Shown: in pieces, positions 20,801 through 33,067 of the stretch
How the letters are laid out: the number at the start of each line of letters is the position of its first letter
Numbering within the stretch: the first letter of the stretch is position 1
Origin: Eledone cirrhosa
Taxonomy: Eukaryota
Direction of reading: 5' to 3'
DNA: 64,000 nt
Assembly: GCA_964016885.1 (NCBI GenBank)
Contig: OZ024740.1
Span: 266,972,001-267,036,000, forward strand
Made by a program: the position numbers and the translations under genes
The notes under the pieces: generated by a model
What the model saw: only the letters and a program-made list of their open reading frames with translations
Told to the model about the DNA's origin: nothing
Database searches by the model: none

Positions 20801-23800
20801 CTTTTTATATTTGGAAGTCTTTAAATACGGAAACTCTATAGATAATGAACACAACCACAAGTACAGCGTCCGAACGTGGAAGAGCTGAACTCTCACTGTC
20901 ATCGCCTCCATCACTCTCGCTTTACCCATCTTTCTCTATGGAGAACAAATGGGGTCCCACGTGTTGGTTTCCCCACAGCCCCGGCGGGCAGAATGGAGAA
21001 GGCGTTTTCCCGGAGGTTAGTAAGGAATATGCACTGGATGAGCCATTCTAACTCCGAGGCCCAAACCTGCGTCTAGCCAGCTCAGCGCCAATTGTGGTGC
21101 GTAGAGAAGTAGCCCTAGGGCCAAGTACACCAGAAGTCTTTACTGCAGAGGGCACGACCGCAAACCTGTCGTAGAAGAATCGGTACTTGCCTTGTCAAAC
21201 ACGTTTACGTTTCTCCCAATTTAGTGAAAGTTGTACAAATTTAGAAGCTGTTGATTAACAATGTAAATACAACGTTATGAATAGTTACTAATATTTAGCA
21301 TCTAGGTCAAGTACTTTTGTCAAACCCAGGTCAGCACAATTCCAACATTGGTAAAATATACAGTACTGGATATAGTAATAGACGGGAAGTTAGTCAGAAG
21401 AAATATTTGAGATTCTATCAAACACAACACAATATGAAATCGAAGGAAAAAACGAAGCATATAAAGGTTCCAGCGAGTTCGAACTCACGACCTTCTGCGT
21501 GTAAAGCAGATGTGATAACCACTACACCATGGAACCAGATAATTGCTTCGATCAAATATTGTCTTATCAAACACATTTTCATAGGTTTTAATTTAGTGAA
21601 ATTGAAACAAATATAAATGTGCTTGATGAGGCAATATTTGGTGAACAGTAAACGTATGGTTCCATGGTGTAGTGGTTATCACATCCGCTTCACACGCGAA
21701 AGTTCGTGAGTTCGAAACTCGCTGGAACCTTACTTTCGCTCTATTAGTTTTTTTATCAGTTGTGTTTTATTTGTCAGCATCTCACATATTTCCTTTATCT
21801 ATCTCTTCCATTATTTCTAATCCCACGAGGATGACTTTGCATTTCAACCTTACCGGGTCGATAAAATAAAGTACAGGTAATGCACTGGGTAAAATTGTTG
21901 GCCTTGAGCCTAAAGTAGAAACAATTATTTCTATATCCAGTGTTGTTTACTTTTCCAATGATGGAAAACTTTAGCCATTCTTCCTTTTCTCAAATACTTT
22001 AAAAACAAAAGGAAGCATCTTTAGATGTAAATGAAATATTTTTTTTATTTTTAAATTAACATTTAATATTAAGTGTGATTATACCGAATATTGAACTCCC
22101 GACAATTTGACTAAGGTTTCAGTGAGTCTCAAACTCACGACCATCTGTGTGTAAAGCAGATGTGATAACCACTACACCATGGAACCAGATGATAGCTTCT
22201 ATCAAATATTATATTATCAAACACACTTACATTTGTTTTAATTTAGTGAAATTGAAACAAATATAAATGTTCTTGATGAGGAAATATTTGGTCGACAATT
22301 AATGTACGGTTCCATGGTGTAGTGGTTATCACATCTGCTTAACACATAGAAGGTCGTGAGTTCGAAACTCGCAGGAACCTTAGTTTCGATCTATTATTTT
22401 TCTTTTCTCAGTTGTGTTTTATTTGTCAGCATCTCACATATTTCCACTATCTATCTCTTCCATTATTTCTATATCCAGTGTTGTTTACTTTTACAATGAC
22501 GGAAAACTTTAGCCCTTCTTCCTTTTTTCAAATACATTAAAAATAAAAGGAAGCATCTTTAGATGTAAATGAAATATTATTGTTTTTTTAATTAAAATTT
22601 AATATTAAGTGTGATTATACCGAATATTGAACTCCCGACAATTTGACTAAGGTTCCAGTGAGTCTCAAACTCATGACCTTTTGTGTGCTAAGCAGACGTG
22701 ATAGCCACTACACTATGGGAGCAATTACGGTCCAGTTTATCGAATAATTTTCTTTTATAGATATCTTGTGATTTTGAAATTCTTATCTTGACTAATATTT
22801 ATATGTATAGTCTAGACTTAGAAAAGCTAGTAACCAAAGGGTTGCATCCTAACAAATATTTTGTCGCGATATATCAACGACTATCTATACTTTAGCGAAT
22901 TTCTTCAATTTTTTTTTAACGACAAAATATGATTTTCAAATTTGATTGTTATTTCTAGCAGTTCAAAAAACATCGTAGAACCTCTTTGGCTGGCTAATCT
23001 TTTTATATTTGGAAGAGTTTAAATACGGAAACTCTATAGATAATGAACACAACCACAAGTATAGGGTCCGAATGTGGAAGAGCTTAACTCTCACTGTCAT
23101 CGCCTCCATCACTCTCGCTTTTCCCATCTTTCTGTATGGTGAAAATTGGGGTCGCACGTGTTGGTCTCCCCACAGCCCCGGCGGACAGAATGGAGAAGGC
23201 GTTTTCCCGGAGGTTAGTAAGGAATATGCACTGGAAGAGCCATTCTAACTCCGAGGCACAAACCTGCGTCTAGCCAAATCAGCGCCAATGGTGGTGCGTA
23301 GGGAAGTATCCCTAGGGCCAAGAACACCAGAAGTCTCTACTGCCGAGGGCACGACCGCAAACCTGTCGTAGAGCGATCGGTTCTTGGCCTGTCAAACACG
23401 TTTATGTTTCTCCCAATTTAGTGAAAGTTGTATAAATTTAGAAGCTGTTGATTAACAATGTAAATACAACGTTATGAATGGTTACTAATATTTAGCATCT
23501 ACGTCAAGTACTTTTGTCAAACCCAGGTCAGCACAATTCCAACATTGGTAAAATATACAGTACTGGATATTGACGGGAAGTTAGTCAGAAGAAATATCTG
23601 AGATGCTATCAAACACAACACAATATGAATTAGAAGCAGATAAAGGTTTCAGCGAGTTTCGAACTCACGACCTTCTGCGTGTAAAGCAGATGTGATAACC
23701 ACTACACCATGGAATCAGATGCTTGCCCGGATCAAATATTGTATTATCAAACACATTTTCATTGGTTTTAATTTAGTGAAATTGAAACAAATATAAATAT

Positions 23801-23837
23801 GGTTTATGAGGCATTATTTGGTGGATAGAAAGCGTAT

Positions 23838-23910
23838 GGTTCCATGGTGTAGTGGTTATCACATCTGCTTCACACGCAGAAGGTCGTGATTTCGAAATTC
23901 GCTGGAACCT
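23838..23910 (+). pseudogene. tRNA-Val(CAC) with B-box/T-stem lesions
   Basis: GTGAT-TTCGAAA-TTCGC (G53T, C61T); copy at 51851. Confidence 0.6.
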
Positions 23911-25277
23911 TAGCTTCGCTTTTTTATTTCTCAGTTGTGTTTTATTTGTCAGCATCTCACATATTTCCTTTATCTATCTCTTCCATTATTTCTAATCCCG
24001 CCGAGGTTGACTTTGCCTTTCATCCTTACCGGGTCGATAAAATAAAGTACCAGTAATGCACTGGGTAAAATTGCTGGCCTTGTGGCTAAAGTAGAAACAA
24101 TTATTTCTATATCCAGTGTGGTTTACTTTTCCAATGATGGAAAACTTTAGCTCTTCTTCCTTTTTTCAAATACTTTAAAAACAAAAGATGTAAATGAAAT
24201 ATTTTTTTTATTTTTAAATTAAAATTTAATATTAAGTGTGATTATACCGAATATTGAACTCCCGACAATTTGACTAAGGTTCCAGTGAGTCTCAAACTCA
24301 TGACCTTCTGTGTGCTAAGCAGACGTGATAGCCACTACACTATGGGAGCAATTACGGTCCAGTTTATCGAATAATTTTCTTTTATAGATATCTTGTGAAT
24401 TTGAATTTTTTTATCTTGACTAATATTTATATGTATAGTCTAGACTTAGAAAAGCTAGTAACCAAAGGGTTGCATCCTAACAAATATTGCCTCGCGATAT
24501 ATCAACGACTATCTATACGTTAGCGAATTTCTTCAATTTTTTTTTAACGACAAAGTATGAATTTTAAATTTGATTGTTATTTCTAGCAGTTCCAAAAACA
24601 GCGTAGAACCTCTTTGGCTGGCTAACCTTTTTATATTTGGAAGTGTTTAAATACGGAAACTCTATAGATAATGAACAAAACCACAAGGATATAGTCCCAA
24701 CGTGGAAGAGCTGAACTCTCACTGTCATCGCCTCCATCACCCTCGCTTTCCCTATCTTTCTGTATGGTGAAAAAATGGGGTCCCACGTGTTAGTCTCCCC
24801 ACAGCCCCGGCGGACAGAATGGAGAAGGCGTTTTCCCGGAGGTTAGTAAGGAAGATGCACTGGTAGAGCCATTCAAACTCCGAGGCCCAAACCTGCATCT
24901 AACCAGCTCAGCGCCAATTGTGGTGCGTAGGGAAGTAGCCCTAGGGCCAAGAACACCAGAAGTCTCTACTTCCGAGGGCACGACCACAAACCTGTGGAGA
25001 GGGATCGGTTCTTGCCCTGTCAAACACGTTTACGTTTCTCCCAATTTAGTGAAAGTTGTACAAATTTAGAAGCTGTTGATTAACAATGTAAATACAACGT
25101 TATTAATGGTTACTAATATTTAGCATCTACGTCAAGTACTTTTGTCAAACCCAGCTCAGCACAATTCCAACATTGGTAAAATATACAGTACTGGATATAG
25201 TAATCGACGGGAAGTTAGTTAGAAGAAATATCTGAGATTATATCAAACACAACACAATATGAAATAGAAGCAGATAA

Positions 25278-25350
25278 ACGTTCCAGCGAGTTTCGAACTC
25301 ACGACCTTCTGCGTGTAAAGCAGATGTGATAACCACTACACCATGGAACC
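25278..25350 (-). tRNA. tRNA-Val(TAC), G1-G72 mismatch
   Basis: Otherwise consensus; copy at 53291. Confidence 0.55.
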
Positions 25351-25471
25351 AGATGATTGCTTCGATCAAATATTCTATTATCAAACACATTTACATTTGT
25401 TTTAATTTAGTGAAATTGAAAGAAATATAAATGTGCTTGATGAGGCAATATTTGGTCGACAGTTAATGTAC

Positions 25472-25544
25472 GGTTCCATGGCGTAGTGGTTATCACATCT
25501 GCTTAACACGTAGAAGGTCGTGAGTTCAAAACTCGCAGGAACCT
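25472..25544 (+). pseudogene. tRNA-Val(AAC), degenerate
   Basis: D-stem, T-loop and acceptor substitutions; copy at 53485. Confidence 0.55.
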
Positions 25545-26820
25545 TAGTTTCGCTTTTTTCTTTTCTCAGTTGTGTTTTATTTGTCAGCATCTCACATATT
25601 TCCTCTATCTATCTCTTCCATTATTTCTATATCCAGTGTTTTTTACTTTTATAATGACGGAAAACTTAACCCTTCTTCCTTTTTTCAAATACTTTAAAAA
25701 CAAAAGGAAGCATCTTTAGATGTAAATGAAATATTATTGTTTTTTTAATTAAAATTTAATATTAAGTGTGATTATACCGAATATTGAACTCCCGACAATT
25801 TGACTAAGGTTCCAGTGAGTCTTAAACTCATGACCTTCTGTGTGCTAAGCAGACGTGATAGCCACTACACTATGGGAACAATTACTGTCCAGTTTATCGA
25901 ATAATTTTCTTTTATAGATATCTTGTGAATTTGAATTTTTTCATCTTGACTAATATTTATATGTATAGTCTAGACTTAGAAAAGCTAGTAACCAAAGGGT
26001 TGCATCCTCACATATATTGCCTCGCGATATATCAACGACTATCAATACGTTAGCGAATTTCTTCAACTTTTTTTTTAACGACAAAGTATGATTTTCAAGT
26101 TTGATTGTTATTTCTAGCAGTTCCAAAATCATGGTAGAATCTCTTTCGCTGGCTAATCTTTTTATATTTGCAAGTGATTAAATACGGAAACTCTATAGAT
26201 AATGAACACAACCACAAGGATATAGTCCCAACGTGAAAGTGCTTAACCCTCACTGTCATCGCCTCCATCACTCTCGCTTTCCCCATCTTTCTGTATGGTG
26301 AAAATTGGGGTCCCACGTGTTGGTCCCCCCACAGCCCCGGCGGACAGAATGGAGAAGGCGTTTTCCCGGAGGTTAGTAAGGAATATGCACTGGAAGAGCC
26401 ATTCTAACTCCGAGGCACAAACCTGCGTCTATCCAGCTCAGCGCCAATTGTGGTGCGTAGGGAAGTAGCACTAGGGCCAAGTACACCAGAAGTCTTTACT
26501 GCAGAGGGCACGACCGCAAACCTGTCGTAGAGGGATCGGTACTTGCCTTGTCAAACACGTTTACGTTTCTCCCAATTTAGTGAAAGTTGTACAAATTTAG
26601 AAGCTGTTGATTAACAATGTAAATACAACGTTATGAATGGTTACTAATATTTAGCATCTACGTCAAGTACTTTTGTCAAACCCAGGTCAGCACAATTCCA
26701 ACATTGGTAAAATATACAGTACTGGATATAGTAATCGACGGGAAGTTAGTCAGAAGAAATATCTGAGATTCTATCAAACACAACACAATATGAAATAGAA
26801 GGAAAAAAAGAAGCATATGA

Positions 26821-26893
26821 AGGTTCCAGCGAGTTTCAAACTCACGACCTTCTGCGTGTAAAGCAGATGTGATAACCACTACACCATGGAACC
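26821..26893 (-). tRNA. tRNA-Val(TAC), C56T B-box lesion
   Basis: T loop TTTGAAA; same lesion at 30559, 54834, 58572, 63856. Confidence 0.5.
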
Positions 26894-27014
26894 CGATGAT
26901 TGCTTCGATCAAATATTGTCTTATCAAACACATTTTCATAGTCTTTAATTAAGTGAAATTGAAACAAATATAAATGTGGTTGATGAGGCAATATTTGGTG
27001 AACAGTAAACGTAT

Positions 27015-27087
27015 GGTTCCATGGTGTAGTGGTTATCACATCTGCTTCACACGCAGAAGATCGTGAGTTCGGAACTCGCTGGAACCT
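27015..27087 (+). tRNA. tRNA-Val(CAC), A58G
   Basis: Stems intact, T loop TTCGGAA; copy at 55028. Confidence 0.5.
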
Positions 27088-27667
27088 TACTTTCGCTCTA
27101 TTATTTTTTTTCTCAGTTGTGTTTTATTTATCAGCATCTCACATATTTCCATTATCTATCTCTTCCATTATTTCTAATCCCGCCGAGGTTGACTTTGCCT
27201 TCATTGACTTTACCGGGTCGATAAAATAAAGTACAGGTAATTCACTGGGTAAAATTGCTGGCTTTGTGCCTAAAGTGGAAACAATTATTTCTATATCCAG
27301 TGTTGTTTACTTTTCCAATGATGGAAAACTTTAGCCATTCTTCCTTTTTTCAAATACTTTAAAAGCAAAAGGAAGCATCTTTAGATGTAAATGAAATATT
27401 TTTTTTATTTTTCAATTAAAATTTAATATTAAGTGTGATTATACCGAATATTGAACTCCCGACAATTTGACTAAGGTTCCAGTGAGTCTCAAACTCACGA
27501 CCTTCTGCGTGTAAAGCAGATGCGATAACCACTACACCATGGAACCAGATGATAGCTTCTATCAAATATTATATTATCAAACACACTTACATTTGTTTTA
27601 AGTTAGTGAAATTGAAACAAATATAAATGTTCTTGATGAGGAAATATTTGGTCGACAATTAATGTAC

Positions 27668-27740
27668 GGTTCCATGGTGTAGTGGTTATCACATCTGCTT
27701 AATACATAGAAGGTCGTGAGTTCGAAACTCGCTTGAACCT
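27668..27740 (+). pseudogene. tRNA-Val-derived pseudogene with AAT anticodon
   Basis: TCTGC-TTAATAC-ATAGA, broken stem, acceptor mismatch; copy at 55681. Confidence 0.65.
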
Positions 27741-29020
27741 TAGCTTCGCTCTATTATTTTTCTTTTCTCAGTTGTGTTTTATTTGTCAGCATCTCACATA
27801 TTTCCACTATCTATCTCTTCCATTATTTCTATATCCAGTGTTGTTTACTTTTACAATGACGGAAAACTTTAGCCCTTCTTACTTTTTTCAAATACATTAA
27901 AAACAAAAGAAGCATCTTTAGATGTAAATGAAATATTATTGTTTTTTTAATTAAAATTTAATATTAAGTGTGATTATACCGAATATTGAACTCCCGACAA
28001 TTTGACTAAGGTTCCAGTGAGTCTCAAACTCATGACCTTTTGTGTGCTAAGCAGACGTGATAGCCACTACACTATGGGTGCAATAACGGTCCAGTTTATC
28101 GAATAATTTTCTTTTATAGATTTCTTGTGAATTTGAATTTTTTTATCTTGAGTAATATTTATATGTATAGTCTAGACTTAGAAAAGCTAGTAACCAAAGG
28201 GTTGCATCCTAACAAATATTGCCTCGCCATATATCAACGACTATCTATACGTTAGCGAATTTCTTCAATTTTTTTTTAACGACAAAGTATGATTTTTAAT
28301 TTGATTGTTATTTCTAGCAGTTCCAAAAACAGCGTAGAACCTCTTTGGCTGGCTAATCTTTTTATATTTGGAAGTGTTTAAATACGGAAACTCTATAGAT
28401 AATGAACACAACCACAAGGATATAGTCCCAACATGGAAGAGCTTAACTCTCACTGTCATCGCCTCCATCACTCTCGCCCTCCCCATCTTTCTGTATGGTG
28501 AAAAAATGGGGTCCCACGTGTTGGTCTCTCCACAGCCCGGCGGACAGAATGGAGAAGGCGTTTTCCCGGAGGTTAGTAAGGAATATGCACTGAAAGAGCC
28601 ATTCTAACTCCGAGGCCCAAACCTGCGTCTAGCCAGCTCAGCGCCAATTGTGGTGCGTAGGAAATTAGCCCTAGGGCCAAGTACACCAGAAGTCTCTACT
28701 GCAGAGGGCACGACCGCAAACCTGTCGTAGAGCGATCGGTACTTGCCCTGTCAAACACGTTTACGTTTCTCCCAATTTAGTGAAAGTTGTACAAATTTAG
28801 AAGCTGTTGATTAACAATGTAAATACAACGTTATGAATGGTTACTAATATTTAGCATCTACGTCAAGTACTTTTGTCACAACCAGGTAAGCACAATTCCA
28901 ACATTGGTAAAATATACAGTACAGGATATAGTAATCGAGGGGAAGTTAGTCAGAAGAATTTTCTGAAATTCTATCAAACACAACACAATATGAAATAGAA
29001 GTAAAAAAAGAAGCATATAA

Positions 29021-29093
29021 AGGTTCCAGCGAGTTTCGAACTCACGACCTTCTGCGTGTAAAGCAGATGTGATAGCCACTACACCATGGAACC
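29021..29093 (-). tRNA. tRNA-Val(TAC)
   Basis: All stems intact; D loop AGTGGCTA. Confidence 0.75.
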
Positions 29094-29214
29094 AGATGCT
29101 TGCCCGGATCAAATATTGTATTATCAAACACATTTTCATTGGTTTTAATTTAGTGAAATTGAAACAAATATAAATGTGGTTGATGAGGCATTATTTGGTG
29201 GATAGAAAACGTAT

Positions 29215-29287
29215 GGTTCCATGGTGTAGTGGTTATCACATCTGCTTCACACGCAAAAGGTCGTGAGTTCGAAACTCGCTGGAACCT
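29215..29287 (+). tRNA. tRNA-Val(CAC), C28-A42 mismatch
   Basis: Otherwise consensus; copy at 57228. Confidence 0.55.
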
Positions 29288-30558
29288 TACCATCGCTCTT
29301 TTATTTTTATTTCTCAGTTGTGTTTTATTTGTCAGCATCTCACATATTTCCTTTATCTATCTCTTCCATTATTTCTAATCCCGCCGAGGTTGACTTTGCC
29401 TTTCATCCTTACCGGGTTCATAAAATAAAGTACCAGTAATGCACTGGGTATTTGCTGGCCTTGTGGCTAAAGTAGAAACAATTATTTCTATATCCAGTGT
29501 GGTTTACTTTTCCAATGATGGAAAACTTTAGCTCTTCTTCCTTTTTTCAATTACTTTAAAAACAAAAGATGTAAATGAAATATTTTTTTTATTTTTAAAT
29601 TAAAATTTAATATTAAGTGTGATTATACCGAATATTGAACTCGCGACAATTTGACTAAGGTTCCAGTGAGTCTCAAACTCATGACCTTCTGTGTGCTAAG
29701 CAGACGTGATAGCCACTACACTATGGGAGCAATTACGGTCCAGTTTATCGAATAATTTTCTTTTATAGCCTCGCGATATATCAACGACTATCTATACGTT
29801 AGCGAATTTCTTCAACTTTTTTTTTAACGACAAAGTATGATTTTTTAATTTGATTGTTATTTCTAGCAGTTCCAAAAACAGCGTAGATCTTCTTTGGCTG
29901 GCTAATCTTTTTATATTTGGAAGTGTTTATATACGGAAACTCTATAGATAATGAACACAACCACAAGGATATAGTCCCAACGTGGAAGAGCTGAACTCTC
30001 ACTGTCATCGCCTCCATCACTCTCGCTTTCCCCATCTTTCTGTATGGTGAAAAAATGGGGTCACTCGTGTTGTTCTACCCACAGCCCCGGCGGACAGAAT
30101 GGAGTAGGCGTTTTCCCGGAGGTTAGTAAGGAAGATGCACTGGAAGAGCCATTCTAACTCCGAGGCCCAAACCTGCGTCTAGCCAGCTCAGCGCCAATTA
30201 TGGTGCGTAGGGAAGTAGCCCTAGGGCCAAGTACACCAGAAGTCTCTACTGCCGAGGACACGACCGCAAACCTGTCGTAGAGGGATCGGTTCTTGCCCTG
30301 TCAAACACGTTTACGTTTCTCCCAATTTAGTGAAAGTTGTATAAATTTAGAAGCTGTTGATTAACAAAGTAAATACAACGTTATTAATGGTTACTAATAT
30401 TTAGCATCTACGTCAAGTACTTTTGTCAAACCCAGGTCAGCACAATTCCAATATTGGTAAAATATACAGTACTGGATATAGTAATCGACGGGAAGTTAGT
30501 CAGAAGAAATATCTGAGATTCTATCAAACACAACACAATATGAAATAGAAGCAGATAA

Positions 30559-30631
30559 AGGTTCCAGCGAGTTTCAAACTCACGACCTTCTGCGTGTAAA
30601 GCAGATGTGATAACCACTACACCATGGAACC
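30559..30631 (-). tRNA. tRNA-Val(TAC), C56T
   Basis: T loop TTTGAAA. Confidence 0.5.
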
Positions 30632-30752
30632 AGACGATTGCTTCGATCAAATATTGTATTTTCAAACACATTTTCATTGGTTTTAATTTAGTGAAATTGA
30701 AACAGATATAAATGTGGTTGATGAGGCAATATTTGGTGTACAGTAAACGTAT

Positions 30753-30825
30753 GGTTCCATGGTGTAGTGGTTATCACATCTGCTTCACACGCAAAAGGCC
30801 GTGAGTTCGAAACTCACTGGAACCT
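30753..30825 (+). tRNA. tRNA-Val(CAC), C28-A42 mismatch
   Basis: Cloverleaf largely intact; copy at 58766 has an extra acceptor change. Confidence 0.55.
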
Positions 30826-32111
30826 TAGTTTCGCTATATTATTTTTTTTTCCTCAGTTGTGTTTTATATGTCAGCATCTCACATATTTCCTCTATCTATC
30901 TCTTCCATTATTTCTATATCCAGTGTTGTTTACTTTTCCAATGATGGAAAACTTTAGCTCTTCTTCCTTTTATCAAATACTTTAAAAACAAAAGGAAGCA
31001 TCTTTAGATGTATACGAAATATTTTTTTTATTTTTAAATTAAAATTTAATATTAAGTGTGATTATACCGAATATTGAACTCCCGACAATTTGACTAAGGT
31101 TCCAGTGAGTCTCAAACTCATGACCTTCTGTGTGCTAATCAGACGTGATAGCCACTACACTATGGGAGCAGTTACGGTCCAGTTTATCGAATAATTTTCT
31201 TTTTATAGATATCTTGTGAACTTGAATTTTTTTATCTTGACTAATATTTATATGTATAGTCTAGACTTAGAAAAGCTAGTAACCAAAGGGTTGCATCCTA
31301 ACAAATATTGCCTCGCGTTATATCAACGACTAGCTATACTTTAGCAAATTTCTTCAATTTTTTTTTAACGACAAAATATGATTTTTAAATTTGATTGTTA
31401 TTTCTAGCAGTTCCAAAAACAGCGTAGAACCTTTTTGGCTGGCTAATCTTTTTATAATTGGAAGTGTTTAAATACGCAAACTCTATAGATAATGAACACA
31501 ACCACAAGTATAGGGTCCGAACGTGGAAGAGCTGAACTATCACTGTCATCGCCTCCATCACTCTCCTCCTCCCCATCTTTCTGTATGGTGAACAAATGGG
31601 GTCCCACGTGTTGGTCTCCCCACAGCCCCGGCGGACAGAATGGAGAAGGCGGTTTCCAGGAGGTTAGTAAGGAAGATACACTGGAAGAGCCATTCTAACT
31701 CCGAGGCTCAAACCTGCGTCTAGCCAGCTCAGCGCCAATTGTGGTGCGTAGGGAAGTAGCCCTAGAGCCAAGTACACCAGAAGTCTTTAGTGCAGAGGGC
31801 ACGACCGCAAACCTGTCGTAGAGCGATCGGTACTTGCCTTGTCAAACATGTTTACGTTTCTCCCAATTTAGTGAAAGTTGTATAAATTTAGAAGCTGTTG
31901 ATTAACAATGTAAATACAACGTTATGAATGGTTACTAATATTTAGCATCTACGTCAAGTACTTTTGTCAAACGAAGGTCAGCACAATTCCAACATTGGTA
32001 AAATATACAGACTGGATATAGTAATTGACGAGAAGTTAGTCAGAAGAAATATCTGAGATTCTATCAAACACAACACAATATGAAATAGAAGGAAAAAAAA
32101 GAAGCATATAA

Positions 32112-32184
32112 AGGTTCCAGCGAGTTTCGAACTCACGACCTTCTGCGTGTAAAGCAGATGTGATAACCACTACACTATGGAACC
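32112..32184 (-). tRNA. tRNA-Val(TAC)
   Basis: GGTTCCATAGTGTAGTGGTTATCACATCTGCTTTACACGCAGAAGGTC..., all stems intact, T8 terminator. Confidence 0.8.
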
Positions 32185-32304
32185 AGATGATTGCTTCGAT
32201 CAAAATTGTCTTATCAAACACATTTACATTTGATTTAATTTAGTGAAATTGAAACAAATATAAATGTGCTTGATGAGGCAATATTTGGTGAACAGTAAAC
32301 GTGT

Positions 32305-32377
32305 GGTTCCATGGTGTAGTGGTTATCACATCTGCTTCCCACGCGGAAGGTCGTGAGTTCGAAACTCGCTGGAACCT
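32305..32377 (+). tRNA. tRNA-Val body carrying a CCC (Gly) anticodon
   Basis: TCTGC-TTCCCAC-GCGGA; all stems and boxes intact; T-run downstream. Confidence 0.6.
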
Positions 32378-32749
32378 TACTTTCGCTCTATTATTTTTTT
32401 TTATCAGTTGTGTTTTATTTGTCAGCATCTCACATATTTCCTTTATCTATCTCTTCCATTATTTCTAATCCCGCGAGGATGACTTTGCCTTTCATCCTTA
32501 CCGGGTCGATAAAATAAAGTACATGTAATGCACTGGGTAAAATTGCTGGCCTTGAGCCTAAAGTAGAAACAATTGGTCTCCCCACAGCCTCGGCGGACAG
32601 AATGGAGAAGGCGTTTTCCCGGAGGTTAGTAAGGAATATGCACTGGAAGAGCCATTCTAACTCCGAGGCCCAAACCTGCGTCTAGCCAGCTCAGCGCCAA
32701 TTGTGGTACGTAGGGAAGTAGCCCTAGGGCCAAGTACTCCAGAAGTCTC

Positions 32750-33052
32750 TGTTGTTAGAAAAAGCTATCTCACTTACCGCTTTTCACAGGCGCCGCTAAA
32801 TTCCACTGCAGGTTACTCCTCTTCCACGTGCGTCCAACTGCTTAACACCGGGAGCTGCCCAAAACTCGCGTCCACACCGTGTTCTGGTCACCACTAGAGA
32901 GAGGCCCTCTGCTGGCCCTTCCGGTCGAGCATCCTTCCGGCCAAAAGACACTTCCGGTCGAGCGCTCCCCCGCCTCCGGCCACCGCACGCCACACACCTT
33001 CCGGTCGAGCACTCCCAAGCCTCCGGCCACCGAACGCCACTCCATACCCACA
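32750..33052 (-). repeat. 3' LTR (303 bp)
   Basis: TGTTG...CCACA; aligns to 36719-36974 with ~15 substitutions and an extra 47-bp internal repeat. Confidence 0.92.
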
Positions 33053-33067
33053 CGCCCCTCTGATCTC
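33053..33067 (-). promoter_or_regulatory. Polypurine tract
   Basis: GAGATCAGAGGGGCG immediately upstream of the 3' LTR. Confidence 0.65.

Larger units (their letters stand above)
11752..23798. repeat. 6,043-bp tandem duplication (about 11752-17755 and 17795-23798)
   Basis: Identical ORF pairs offset by 6,043 (12496/18539, 16966/23009); present only once in block 2. Confidence 0.9.
2919..32749. repeat. Tandem tRNA-Val macrosatellite array, block 1 (17 units, ~62 tRNA-like sequences)
   Basis: Recurring unit with ~1,540-1,650 bp period (e.g. 4989 vs 6541 = 1,552 bp) and ~2.2 kb variants; each unit has a divergent tRNA pair, nearly all a third pseudo-tRNA, and a GC-rich CRE fragment. Confidence 0.95.
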
